From positions 1-57,610 of the forward strand of contig JAGWXK010000003.1 in NCBI GenBank assembly GCA_018969905.1: a stretch of 57,610 bases of DNA, read 5' to 3'. A program made the translations under genes and the position numbers. This DNA is from Bdellovibrionales bacterium (lineage in GTDB: Bacteria; Bdellovibrionota; UBA1018; CAIMNF01). Each line of letters starts with the position of its first letter. The stretch's first letter is position 1. Positions 10,140 through 20,138 of this stretch are shown piece by piece. The notes beneath the pieces are model-generated. The model was not told the origin of the DNA, searched no databases, and saw only the letters and a list, made by a program, of their open reading frames with translations.

Positions 10140-11191
10140 AAGCGTCTCCGGATGTCGTCAAGGGAGTCGCCAAGGAAACAAACCTCTGAGTTTCCATTTT
10201 TTCTGATCAGGGATACCGCCTGTCTTGCGCGGGTGCCGCTTCGACAGAAAAAAACTGCAGTTTTGCCGGCAGCATCGGGAGGCAGTGTGAATTGTCCGCG
10301 CGCATCAGAGATCACGGAGAGCGGAAGCGAACGGGTGCCTGAAACCGGAGATTCAAGTGTCTCGGATTCCTCGCGAACATCAAAGATCACGTATCGACTT
10401 CGCGAGGCAAGGATTTCACTAAGGGAAATCTCAGGATCCTCCCGCAAAAGCCACTCGGGATCCGCCTGTCCGCAGGCAAGGCATTCAGGATTCCTTCTGA
10501 CCCTGCGACTAAAAAAGCCGAGATTCCGGCCATCGATGCAGAGGAGACGGTTCCCGGGTTCCAGGCTTCCGCACAGCAACTTGATTGCCTGAAGCGCCTG
10601 GATCGAGCCTGCGATTCCAACCATGGGGCCAAGCACTCCGGCCTCTTCGCAGTTCTTGACCAGTGGGGAGGGCGCAACAGGATAAATGCACTGGTAGCAT
10701 GGAGATTCCGATTTCTGATCGCAGACCAGGACCTGGGCATCGAATGCTGTGACCCCGGCGAAGATCACGGGTTTTTGAAGATGAATTCCAAGCCGGTTCA
10801 AACGCGCCTTTGTCTCGTAACGATCCGTTCCATCGATCAGGAGATCATGATCCTTTGCCAAGCCTTGGGCATTTCCGGAATCCAGGAAAACAGCATGCGT
10901 CTCGATCTTGATGTCAGAATTGAGTTGGGTGAGATTCCTCTTTGCGGCATCAACCTTCAGAGAGCCCTCTTGATCTTCCCGAAACAAGACCTGACGGTGG
11001 AGATTCGTCTTTTCGACCCTGTCCCCATCGACAATGCCGATCCGACCAACTCCTGCTCCCGCAAGGTACTGGAGCACCGGGGAGGCCAGTCCTCCGCAGC
11101 CCACCATGAGGACCGAGGAGCGGGCAAGAACCTCCTGGCCCGGGGCTCCGATTTCGGGGAGTGTTCTTTGGCGCAGGTAACGATCAGGCAC
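10136..11191 (-). CDS. moeB: Molybdopterin synthase adenylyltransferase MoeB with C-terminal rhodanese domain
   Basis: RYLRQ, GCGGL, NLHRQ, CYQC, NCEEAGVLG and CLAC; rhodanese CRSGTR. Confidence 0.92.
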   Translation of the reverse strand: MPDRYLRQRTLPEIGAPGQEVLARSSVLMVGCGGLASPVLQYLAGAGVGRIGIVDGDRVEKTNLHRQVLFREDQEGSLKVDAAKRNLTQLNSDIKIETHAVFLDSGNAQGLAKDHDLLIDGTDRYETKARLNRLGIHLQKPVIFAGVTAFDAQVLVCDQKSESPCYQCIYPVAPSPLVKNCEEAGVLGPMVGIAGSIQALQAIKLLCGSLEPGNRLLCIDGRNLGFFSRRVRRNPECLACGQADPEWLLREDPEISLSEILASRSRYVIFDVREESETLESPVSGTRSLPLSVISDARGQFTLPPDAAGKTAVFFCRSGTRARQAVSLIRKNGNSEVCFLGDSLDDIRRRL

Positions 11192-12308
11192 TGGCTTCCC
11201 CTTTTTTTCGGATTTTAAAGAGCCCGTAAATCAAAAACGCGGCACCGAGGACCCAGAGCAGATCGGATGTGAGAAAAATGATCAACACCGACAAACAAAG
11301 AAGGATGCGTCCCCTAAGGTCCCTGAGCAGGGGACCGGCAAGCTCCAGATGAAAAAAACCCACACATGCGATGATCGAGGAAAGCGCGAAGTTGTCCGTG
11401 CGGATCGCAAGACCCCGGGTGTGGATGAGCAACGAAAGCAAGAGAAGGCCTGCTCCGATGATCCAGTTCATTCGCTCCGTCGTAGCTCCACCCTTTGCAT
11501 GTGCGGTCGTGCCCCCCGAGCCATGACAGAAGGGAAGGCCCGGAACCAGCGCAGCAATGAGGTTTCCAGTTCCCACAAAGCACATGAGCCTTGGAATGGT
11601 GACACGCTCGCAGCTTTCTTTGAAGTAATGCTCGCTTGCCAGGCGGGCACCCGTGATCGAGTTGGCCGAGGTCAGAGCAAGCTGGGGGAGGAGAAGAGAT
11701 GCGACCATCCAGAAACTTTGTTTCAGCTCTCCGGAATGAGAGGGAGCAAAGTCAGTCACCAGGGTACCTGGTGGAAGGTGTTCGGAAGTGAGGGAGTTCA
11801 AAAAGAAGGCGAGTGCGAAAAAACCAAGGCTTGGGATCCGAAAACTGTAGTGAAGAAGCAGAATCATGAGCAAAAGCAAGCCCGATGAAATCGCTTGGAT
11901 GGGATCGACGGGGAGGGCCCGTTTTGCCTGAATCAACAGAAGAATCCCAAGCCCCGCCTGAACCGATCGAACCACGGGCTCCGGAATGGGGAGACTCCTG
12001 ACCTTGAGAAAAAAAAGAACAAGAAAAAAAACACCCAATAAGAATCCCGCAGCCCGGATCTCAAGCGCGCCCGCCCCTAGGGTGACCGAGGCGATGGCGA
12101 TGGATTTGAGCGGCTGCACGGGCATCGGGACCCGGAAGAAGCGTCCTGCAAGAATGTAGGTGAGACCCGCGCTTCCAATCAAAAGCGAAAGGGAAAAGCC
12201 AGGAATCCTGGCAAGAAACATCACAATCGGAAGCAAGATGGCACTGTCCGAAAAGGCTCCGAAAAAATCACCGGCCAGCGCGCGCATGGAGAAAGCAGAC
12301 TTCGTCAC
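11184..12308 (-). CDS. MOT1-family molybdate transporter
   Basis: PMPVQPLKSIA and PFCHGSGG signature motifs; polytopic membrane protein within the Moco operon. Confidence 0.85.
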   Translation of the reverse strand: MTKSAFSMRALAGDFFGAFSDSAILLPIVMFLARIPGFSLSLLIGSAGLTYILAGRFFRVPMPVQPLKSIAIASVTLGAGALEIRAAGFLLGVFFLVLFFLKVRSLPIPEPVVRSVQAGLGILLLIQAKRALPVDPIQAISSGLLLLMILLLHYSFRIPSLGFFALAFFLNSLTSEHLPPGTLVTDFAPSHSGELKQSFWMVASLLLPQLALTSANSITGARLASEHYFKESCERVTIPRLMCFVGTGNLIAALVPGLPFCHGSGGTTAHAKGGATTERMNWIIGAGLLLLSLLIHTRGLAIRTDNFALSSIIACVGFFHLELAGPLLRDLRGRILLCLSVLIIFLTSDLLWVLGAAFLIYGLFKIRKKGEASA

Positions 12309-13279
12309 GGGTGGGAGGCTCCCTTTTGGATTTTGAGTGCATGGGGGATCAAGGAAGCCACAGCTTCGAGACTTTCAACGGCACCTTTCGGACTTCCGGG
12401 AAGGGAGATCACAAGACTTCCCCGGATCAGGTAGGCCCCGGAACGCGAGAGCGGCGAGAGGTGGGTTTTTTTCAAGCCCTCGGAGCGCATCCGTTCTCCA
12501 AAGCCCGGAATGTGCTTTTTTGCCATGGTTTGGAGCGTTTCAGGGGTAATGTCCCGGGGACCGACTCCAGTGCCACCGGTGGTGAGAACCAGCTCGGCAC
12601 CCGAGGTGATCAACCCCTCAACCGCAGTCCGCAGTTCCTCCGCATCATCCGGAATCAGTCGGCTTCCGACCACTCTTGCTCCGAGAGCGGTCAGAAATCC
12701 CGCAAGTGCGGGTCCTGATTGATCCTCGGTCTCACCCCGCGCGCAGCGATCGCTCAAGGTGATGATGGCCGCCCGGACTTCCTTCCACGGGGCATTGCGT
12801 GTCGTTTGATTCGGTTCATCCGGGGTTTTTCTCCAGGTTCCGGACTTTCCGCCACTCTTCTCCAGGAGTTGAATGGAACCAAGCTCAAGCTCGGAATCAA
12901 TCCCCTTGGCAAGATCGTAAATGCAAAGAAGTGAGGCAGAGACGCCGCTTAAGGCCTCCATCTCGACACCCGTTTTTGCATGGGCGGTGACCCTGCAGTG
13001 AACGGTGACGCAGGCATCATCGAATGAAAAAGTCACACTGGCCGCATCCACGGGCAGCGGGTGACAGAGGGGGAGGATTTCGCTCGTTTTTTTCACGGCA
13101 AGAATGCCCGCCGCCTCGGCCAGGGGAAGAGCATTCCCCTTTGGAAGAAGACCCTCCCGGATCGCATGGATGGTGGATGGTTTTGCGAAAAATTTCCCCG
13201 TCGCGAGGCACTCCCGGCGGGTTACGGGCTTCTCGCCCACATTGACCATCGTAAACTCGGAAATTCCCTGATTTTTCAC
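12305..13279 (-). CDS. moaCB: MoaC fused to MoaB/MogA
   Basis: MVNVGEK, ILPLCHP and TGVEMEAL (MoaC); TTGGTGVGPRDITPE and LPGSPKG (MogA/MoaB). Confidence 0.93.
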   Translation of the reverse strand: MKNQGISEFTMVNVGEKPVTRRECLATGKFFAKPSTIHAIREGLLPKGNALPLAEAAGILAVKKTSEILPLCHPLPVDAASVTFSFDDACVTVHCRVTAHAKTGVEMEALSGVSASLLCIYDLAKGIDSELELGSIQLLEKSGGKSGTWRKTPDEPNQTTRNAPWKEVRAAIITLSDRCARGETEDQSGPALAGFLTALGARVVGSRLIPDDAEELRTAVEGLITSGAELVLTTGGTGVGPRDITPETLQTMAKKHIPGFGERMRSEGLKKTHLSPLSRSGAYLIRGSLVISLPGSPKGAVESLEAVASLIPHALKIQKGASHP

Positions 13280-13338
13280 GTCCCTACCTTCGCAAACCCT
13301 ACCGACGAAATCAATTCAAACTGTGCGGGGATTGTGGC

Positions 13339-14331
13339 ATGCTCGGGGCGATGCTCACGGACGCATATGCTCGGAAATTCAGCTACTTGAGGTTGTCGAT
13401 CACCGAGAAGTGCAACTTCAGCTGCAAGTATTGTCTGCCCGAGGGGTACAAACCGTCGGCCCATGCCCCCGAACCGGAATTGAGTCTTTCCGAGATCCGA
13501 AATCTCCTGGCGGGCATTTCCCATGCCGGTTTTCGAAAAATCCGCATCACAGGCGGAGAGCCGACCTTGCGTCCGGACCTCCTGCAAATCATCGAGGCGG
13601 CTTCCGAAACCCCCGGGATTGAGATTCGCGCCCTCTCCACCAATGGCTGGAATCTCAGGTCGATTTCGAAAAAATTGAAACTCGCAGGTCTCACGCACTT
13701 GAACGTGAGTGTGGACAGCCTTGACCGGCAGCGGTTCTTGAAGCTCTGCGGACGCGATTCCCTTCACCTGGTTCTTGCGGGCATTGAGGAGGCTCTGGCC
13801 CTGCAGTTTGCGGGAGTGAAAATCAATGCGGTATTGCATCGTGATTCCGCCCAATCGGAGCTCGAACACTTCCTCGAGTATGTGAAATCAAGACCCCTCA
13901 CCGTGCGTTTCATTGAACTCATGCGAACCGGGGAGCGTGGCGAATATCGCGATCGGCATTTTTTGTCGGCAGGAGGGCTGAAACTTCACCTTCTTGCCCG
14001 CGGGTGGAAGCCACTCGAACGGGAACTCTCCTCGGGGCCTGCGCATGAGTTCTACCATCCGGACTTTTCCGGCCGAATCGGCCTGATTGCACCGCATTCG
14101 GATGGGTTTTGTGAATCCTGCAATCGTTTGCGGGTCACATCGCAAGGGAAGTTGAAGCTTTGCCTCTTTGGTGAGAAGGACGAATCCATCCGCCCCTTCC
14201 TGCAATCAAAGGAAGTTGCGCTCGGGTTGGACTTAAGGATTCAGCAGTTGCTCGTTCAAAAGCCCGGAGCCCATTTTCTCTCCGAGGGGCGAACCGGAGG
14301 AGCACGGAACTTTTCCGTGATGGGGGGCTGA
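13339..14331 (+). CDS. moaA: GTP 3',8-cyclase MoaA
   Basis: CNFSCKYC radical-SAM motif, FCESCNRLR...CLFG, C-terminal GG. Alternative start at 13351. Confidence 0.96.
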   Translation: MLGAMLTDAYARKFSYLRLSITEKCNFSCKYCLPEGYKPSAHAPEPELSLSEIRNLLAGISHAGFRKIRITGGEPTLRPDLLQIIEAASETPGIEIRALSTNGWNLRSISKKLKLAGLTHLNVSVDSLDRQRFLKLCGRDSLHLVLAGIEEALALQFAGVKINAVLHRDSAQSELEHFLEYVKSRPLTVRFIELMRTGERGEYRDRHFLSAGGLKLHLLARGWKPLERELSSGPAHEFYHPDFSGRIGLIAPHSDGFCESCNRLRVTSQGKLKLCLFGEKDESIRPFLQSKEVALGLDLRIQQLLVQKPGAHFLSEGRTGGARNFSVMGG

Positions 14332-14338
14332 TTCAAAC

Positions 14339-15607
14339 ATGAATTCACTCATCAAATATGAAGATGCGATCCGGATTCTTAGGGAGTCTGCAAGGACCCG
14401 GACCCTCAGAACAGAAAAAGTACCGCTTCTTGAATCTCAAAACCGGGTGGTTGCCTGCGACCTGAACGCTGAGGAGTGCATTCCCGTTTACGACAACTCC
14501 GCGATGGATGGCTTTGCGCTTCGTTCGGGCGAGGTGGTTTCGGGACAGAATCTTCTCAAGGTTTCGGAGCAAAGAATTGCAGGAGATCTGCCGGGAGCAC
14601 CTCCGGTGAACAGTGTCGCGGTCCAGGTCATGACCGGTGCCCCGATGCCAAACGGCGGGTTTGACCTTGTGATCAAGATCGAGGACGTTCTGAAAATCGC
14701 GGATCCTGCCGGCGGATATTCCATTCAATTTGACTCTCTCCGTGCCAGTGGGGGGTTCGTCCGGAAAAAGGGATCGGACTACAAGCCGGGCGATCTTCTG
14801 GTTGCGCGGGGCACGCGGATTGATCCGAAAATGATTCTGGCGCTTGCCGCCCTTGGAGTCTCACGGGTTCCTGTATGCAAAAAACCAAAAGTTGCATTGA
14901 TCTCGACGGGCAACGAGCTTGTTGCTTTTGATGAACCCAGGGTTCCGGAAGGAGCGATCCGAAACTCGACTGGTCCTTTTTTGCTCGAGACCCTTAAGGC
15001 CTATGGCTGCGAGGTCCGGAATTTTGGAATCATCGGGGATGAGACTTCGGATCATCCTGTTGAGTTTGATCTTGCGCTTCGCTCCGCACTTTCCGAGGAG
15101 TTTGACCTGATTCTCACCACAGGTGCGGTATCCATGGGCGTTCATGACTTTCTGAGGACCTCGGTGGAGAAGGGCGGGGGAAGAATCCTGTTTCACGGCG
15201 TTGCGATACGGCCTGGAAAACCGGTGCTTTTTGCCGATTTTCCCGATCATCCCCGCACAAGCCTGCTTGGTCTTCCGGGAAATCCCGTATCGAGTGTCGT
15301 GGGTGCGGATTTTTTTGTGGCCCCGTTTCTGCGTACGCTCTTCGGAATGAAGGAAGGAGTGCTCTTTCAAGGCACGCTCACGGGACCTGTGCCCGAAACT
15401 CCAAAGGGACTGAGGGCCTTTCTTCGGGCACGTGTCTTTGCCTTGCCGGATGGGGCTCGTGGAGTCGAGATTCTTCCGGGGCAGGGGTCCTTCATGATTC
15501 ACTCCCTGTCCCAGGCGAATGCATGGGCCGTGGTCCCCGAGGAAGGCGGAATCGGGGAGGGAGACAGGATCCGATTTCAAATGTTTTCAGAAAGGATTGA
15601 TCCATGA
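14339..15607 (+). CDS. moeA: Molybdopterin molybdotransferase MoeA
   Basis: SAMDGFA, STGNEL, TTGAVSMG, RPGKP and LPGNPVS motifs. Confidence 0.95.
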   Translation: MNSLIKYEDAIRILRESARTRTLRTEKVPLLESQNRVVACDLNAEECIPVYDNSAMDGFALRSGEVVSGQNLLKVSEQRIAGDLPGAPPVNSVAVQVMTGAPMPNGGFDLVIKIEDVLKIADPAGGYSIQFDSLRASGGFVRKKGSDYKPGDLLVARGTRIDPKMILALAALGVSRVPVCKKPKVALISTGNELVAFDEPRVPEGAIRNSTGPFLLETLKAYGCEVRNFGIIGDETSDHPVEFDLALRSALSEEFDLILTTGAVSMGVHDFLRTSVEKGGGRILFHGVAIRPGKPVLFADFPDHPRTSLLGLPGNPVSSVVGADFFVAPFLRTLFGMKEGVLFQGTLTGPVPETPKGLRAFLRARVFALPDGARGVEILPGQGSFMIHSLSQANAWAVVPEEGGIGEGDRIRFQMFSERIDP

Positions 15608-15885
15608 AGGTGGAAAGGCTCAGGCTCAGGGTTTTCGGAGTTCTCCGCAATTTTTCGGATGAGGATGGATTTTGGAATCTTGAACTGGAACACCCTGTGG
15701 AGATTGAAACCGGGGATGACTTAAAGGCGCTCATTGGCTCCTGCTATTCCTCCCGGAACCCCTCGTTTGATCCCGCGATTCTTGAGGAGTGCGCGCTTGC
15801 CGATGGTGAGTCCATTCTGGATCCCTCCGAAAAACTCGGCTCCTGCGACGGTCTTGCACTACTTCCCCCGGTGTGTGGAGGGTAA
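15604..15885 (+). CDS. moaD: Molybdopterin synthase sulfur carrier MoaD
   Basis: C-terminal LLPPVCGG; lies between moeA and moaE. Confidence 0.85.
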   Translation: MKVERLRLRVFGVLRNFSDEDGFWNLELEHPVEIETGDDLKALIGSCYSSRNPSFDPAILEECALADGESILDPSEKLGSCDGLALLPPVCGG

Positions 15886-15887
15886 AA

Positions 15888-16346
15888 ATGAATGCTTCGT
15901 TGAATCGGATCGAAATCGAAGTGAGTGATTCTCCCATCGGAGCGGATTCCATTTGCCTTCAGGAGTTCATCCGTCCCGACTGCGGAGCCTGTGATTTGTT
16001 TTTCGGGACAGTGCGGGGCCGGAATCACGGAAAAGACGTGGTAGCGGTGTCCTATGATGCGTTTGTTCCCCTGGCCCGCGCGGAGCTTCGGAGGATCGGC
16101 GAGGAGGCACTTGGGGCTGCAAACACGCAAGGAACAGTGGTGATCCGGCATCGGACCGGAAAACTCGCGGTGGGTGAACTCAGTGTCTTGATTGCAGTGT
16201 TCACTCCGCACCGGGCTCAGGCCTTTGAGGCCTGCCGGTTTGTGATTGAAGAGTTGAAAAAAAGGGCTCCGATCTGGAAAAAAGAGTTTTATCGGGATGG
16301 CGAGACAGAGTGGCTGAAGGGCCATTCCTTGTGTGGAGGCTTATGA
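15888..16346 (+). CDS. moaE: Molybdopterin synthase catalytic subunit MoaE
   Basis: FFGTVR, HRTGKL, PHRAQAF and PIWKKE motifs. Confidence 0.94.
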   Translation: MNASLNRIEIEVSDSPIGADSICLQEFIRPDCGACDLFFGTVRGRNHGKDVVAVSYDAFVPLARAELRRIGEEALGAANTQGTVVIRHRTGKLAVGELSVLIAVFTPHRAQAFEACRFVIEELKKRAPIWKKEFYRDGETEWLKGHSLCGGL

Positions 16347-17803
16347 GAACAACGGTTGTTTTTTTTCTGAACGGAAAACGTCATGAAGTGGGATCGGACC
16401 AGGCCTTTCAAACTGTTTCGGATTTTCTTCGCTACGAGCGGGGACTTACGGGCACAAAAGTTGTGTGCGCTGAGGGTGACTGTGGCGCCTGCACCGTGCT
16501 GGTGTCGCGTTTTCGAGCAGGGAAGCTTCAGCCCTATCAATCCATCAACTCCTGCATCGCATATGTGTATTCCTTGCATCGAACCCATCTGATCACGGTG
16601 GAAGGATTGAAGAGGGGGCAGGAACTGCATCCAGTACAGGCGGCAATGGTCGAGAGGCAGGGCTCGCAGTGTGGCTATTGCACTCCGGGATTTGTTTGTT
16701 CCATGGCGCTCCTTGCCGAGGATGCGAAACGGGAGGGATTTCGCCCTGATGAAAAGAAGGTTCGGAATTACACAACCGGGAATCTTTGCAGATGCACCGG
16801 CTACGCCCCGATTCTTGAGGCCGGAGTGGCGATGGATCTTGACCGTGTTCAGGCGCTATCGTCTTTTTACGGCGATGACCGCATCGAAGCCGAATTTTCT
16901 GCGATTCGCGTCGAGGGAATCCGGATTCGGGGCGAGGGAAAGGAGGTTTTCCTCCCGATTGACCTCACTGAGGCTGTCCAAGAACGCGCAAGTGATCCTA
17001 CCGTTCGTTTGTCTGCCGGAACCACGGATCTTGGCGTGGTGTCCAATAAGGGAAAATTGAAACTGACCCGCTTGCTTTCACTGCAGGAGGTGGAGAGCTT
17101 GCATCTCATCAAGAAAACCGGAAACCGCATCCGGGTCGGAGCAAGGGCAAGTCTGCATCAGCTGGAGCGGAGTCTTGCGGACGAGTTCCCGGAATTTTCA
17201 AGGATGCTCAGGATCTTCGCGTCACCCCAAATCAAGAACTCGGCGACCCTCGTGGGAAATCTGATGAATGCATCCCCGATCGCCGACACCATTCCGTTCT
17301 TACGGGTGGCGGAAGTCCTGGTCTTGATCGCCTCGCCTCAGGGAGAAAGAAGGGTGGGGATCAATGACTTTATTCTTCCGGGTTACAAGAAACTTGATCT
17401 TAGGTCCGATGAACTGGTGGTTGGCATTGAGATCCCGCTTTCGGATCATCGCTACAAGCTCTACAAGGTTTCCAACCGCAAGGACCTCGATATTTCCGCC
17501 GTGACTTTTGCCGCCCGATACCGATTGAAAGACGGAGCATTCGAGAGTTTCTCCCTGGCTCTCGGAGGTGTCGGGGCGAGCGTGCTTCGGATGGGCGGGA
17601 TCGAAGCACAGGTGCTCGGAAAGCCGCTTTCGCTCAATCTCTTCCGGGCCCTTGCCAATACGCTCCCCGGGGAAATCACCCCGATCACCGATGTGCGCGG
17701 ATCGGCCGGATACCGTCTGAGGGTGGCGCAAAATCTCCTACTGAAATTTCATGATGACCTTGCAGTGGAAGAGGGACTTGGCATCAACGAGGCCTCCCTA
17801 TGA
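16343..17803 (+). CDS. xdhA: Xanthine dehydrogenase small subunit (2Fe-2S/FAD)
   Basis: GTKVVCAEGDCGAC, QCGYCTPGF, NLCRCTGY and FASPQIKN; start overlaps the moaE stop. Confidence 0.95.
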   Translation: MRTTVVFFLNGKRHEVGSDQAFQTVSDFLRYERGLTGTKVVCAEGDCGACTVLVSRFRAGKLQPYQSINSCIAYVYSLHRTHLITVEGLKRGQELHPVQAAMVERQGSQCGYCTPGFVCSMALLAEDAKREGFRPDEKKVRNYTTGNLCRCTGYAPILEAGVAMDLDRVQALSSFYGDDRIEAEFSAIRVEGIRIRGEGKEVFLPIDLTEAVQERASDPTVRLSAGTTDLGVVSNKGKLKLTRLLSLQEVESLHLIKKTGNRIRVGARASLHQLERSLADEFPEFSRMLRIFASPQIKNSATLVGNLMNASPIADTIPFLRVAEVLVLIASPQGERRVGINDFILPGYKKLDLRSDELVVGIEIPLSDHRYKLYKVSNRKDLDISAVTFAARYRLKDGAFESFSLALGGVGASVLRMGGIEAQVLGKPLSLNLFRALANTLPGEITPITDVRGSAGYRLRVAQNLLLKFHDDLAVEEGLGINEASL

Positions 17804-20136
17804 GCATCGGCACAAACATACGGCATGATTCCTCGGTGACCCATGTGGCTGGCGAAAGCGTGTTCATTGATGATCGTCCCGAGGTTCGGGGTGAAGTCCA
17901 TGTGGGAGTGGTGGGGAGTCCCATTGCACGGGGAATCCTGAAATCGATCGATGCGCGTGAGGCACTCGCCCATCCGGATTGTCTTGGGGTGTTTACGGCC
18001 GCGGATTTTCATGCAAAGCATTGGGGCACGATCACCCACGATCAGCCCTTTCTGGTGGTGGACGCGATTTCCTACATGCAGGAGGCCGTGTGCATTGTGG
18101 CAAGTTCCAAACGGGGATCCGTTGAGGCGATCAAGAAACTGGTCAAAATCGAAGCTACCCCGTCCGAGGGTGTGTTCAGCATCGATGAGGCGAAAGCCAA
18201 GGGAGAGATCCTCTATCGGGCCGCAAGTCCATTCATCCAGGGGGATGTGGATGCGGCGCTGAAGTCCTCTCCTCATCGACTAAAGGGGATATTTCGTTGC
18301 GGAGGGCAGGAGCATTTTTATCTTGAGTCGCAGGCCGCGATCGCCTATCCGCTTGAGAACGGACAAATCGAGGTACACTCCTCATCCCAGCATCCAAGCG
18401 AAACGCAGCGTGTGGTCGCGGAAGCCCTTGGACTTTCCTTCCACCAGGTCGTGTGTGTGGTCAAACGCATGGGGGGAGGATTTGGCGGAAAGGAATCCCA
18501 GGGTGCTCCGATTGCAGCCTACGCGGCCCTTGTTGCCGATCGCCTGAGGCGTCCCGCACGAATCGTGCTGACCAAGGATCAGGACATGATGATCACCGGG
18601 AAGCGTCATCCATTTCAGAACGAGTATGAGGTGGGCTTTGACAATCAGGGGAGGCTGCTTGCCGTGAATGCGCTTCTGCAATCGGATGGTGGGGCGTATC
18701 TTGATCTTTCCTCATCGATTCTTGAGCGGGCGATGTTTCACCTGGATGGTGCGTACCACCTTCCGAACGTCAGGGTCGAGGGGATTTGCTATCGAACCCA
18801 TCACCATCCCCATACTGCCTTCCGTGGATTCGGCGGGCCGCAGGGAAACATGACCATCGAAAGCATTCTTGAGGATGTGGCACATTACTTAAAGAAAGAC
18901 GCAAGCGAGGTCCGACGAATCAATTTATACTCGGGAGCAAATCTCAAGACTCCCTACGGCCAGGTTCTGGAGAACAACCTTTTGCCACGGATTCATGAAC
19001 GACTGCTCCTGAGTTCCGGATACGAGAAAAGACTCGGGGAAATCAGGGAATTCAATTCACGCCGGTGCGGCAAGGTTCGAGGAATATCACTTACCGCCAC
19101 GAAGTTCGGGATCTCCTTTACCGCCCGGTTTTTGAATCAGGCAAATGCTTTGGTGAATCTTCAGCTTGATGGAACGCTTCAGGTAAGCACTGGGGCCACT
19201 GAGATGGGGCAGGGAGTGAACACGAAAATCCAGCAGATCGTGGCCCATGCCTTCGGCGTATGTCCGGATGCGGTCCGGGTAATGCCGACGTCAACCGAAA
19301 AAAATCACAATACCTCGCCCACTGCGGCCTCCAGTGGATCTGACTTGAATGGTGCAGCAGCTCTTCTTGCATGCGATCGGATCAAGGCGCGACTCATTCC
19401 TCTTGCTCGGGCCAGATTTCAGGGACAGGAGTTTGATCCGACCCGCGAGTTCGAGAGCCCGGAAAGCCTGACTCCGAGTCCGGATCCTGACATGGTTTTT
19501 TCAGAAGGAGTTGTGCGCGATCAGCGAAGCGGGAAGTCGGTTCCTTTGCGGGAGTTGATCCATTTGGCCTATCAGAATCGGATTTCCCTTGGTTCGTATG
19601 CGCACTACAAAACGCCGGATCTTGGTTTCGACAAAACTCGGGTCGTGGGGCGTGCATTCAATTATTTCACCCAAGGAATGGCCGTCTCGGAGGTCGAAGT
19701 GGACGAATATACGGGTGAAATGAAGGTGCGGCGTGCAGACATCCTCATGGATCTTGGTCGCTCACTGAATCCCGGGATTGACCGCGGCCAGACGACCGGA
19801 GCGTTCATTCAAGGAATGGGATGGGTGACCTCGGAACACCTGGTCTATGACCGCGACCGGAATCTCCTCACCCATTCTCCGACCACGTATAAGATTCCAA
19901 ATGTCCAGGACACCCCACGGGAATTCAATGTGGAGTTCATCGAAAATCCGGACAATGATCGGAACGTGCACGGGTCAAAAGCTGTGGGTGAGCCCCCGTT
20001 CTTGCTTGGCACGAGTGTATGGACCGCAATCAAGCATGCCTTGTCGTTCCGTGCAAATGGACAGGAGATCCGTCTTGTTTCGCCTGCGACGTCAGAGGTG
20101 ATCCTGATGGAGTTGACTCGCTTAAAGGGAGAGTGA
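17800..20136 (+). CDS. xdhB: Xanthine dehydrogenase molybdopterin subunit
   Basis: GGQEHFYLE, RMGGGFGGKE, AFRGFGGPQG, SPTAAS and KAVGEPP motifs. Confidence 0.97.
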   Translation: MSIGTNIRHDSSVTHVAGESVFIDDRPEVRGEVHVGVVGSPIARGILKSIDAREALAHPDCLGVFTAADFHAKHWGTITHDQPFLVVDAISYMQEAVCIVASSKRGSVEAIKKLVKIEATPSEGVFSIDEAKAKGEILYRAASPFIQGDVDAALKSSPHRLKGIFRCGGQEHFYLESQAAIAYPLENGQIEVHSSSQHPSETQRVVAEALGLSFHQVVCVVKRMGGGFGGKESQGAPIAAYAALVADRLRRPARIVLTKDQDMMITGKRHPFQNEYEVGFDNQGRLLAVNALLQSDGGAYLDLSSSILERAMFHLDGAYHLPNVRVEGICYRTHHHPHTAFRGFGGPQGNMTIESILEDVAHYLKKDASEVRRINLYSGANLKTPYGQVLENNLLPRIHERLLLSSGYEKRLGEIREFNSRRCGKVRGISLTATKFGISFTARFLNQANALVNLQLDGTLQVSTGATEMGQGVNTKIQQIVAHAFGVCPDAVRVMPTSTEKNHNTSPTAASSGSDLNGAAALLACDRIKARLIPLARARFQGQEFDPTREFESPESLTPSPDPDMVFSEGVVRDQRSGKSVPLRELIHLAYQNRISLGSYAHYKTPDLGFDKTRVVGRAFNYFTQGMAVSEVEVDEYTGEMKVRRADILMDLGRSLNPGIDRGQTTGAFIQGMGWVTSEHLVYDRDRNLLTHSPTTYKIPNVQDTPREFNVEFIENPDNDRNVHGSKAVGEPPFLLGTSVWTAIKHALSFRANGQEIRLVSPATSEVILMELTRLKGE

Positions 20137-20138
20137 CC

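Noticed and set aside
13276-13869. 197-aa - strand ORF upstream of moaCB
   Set aside because: Antisense to the well-supported moaA.
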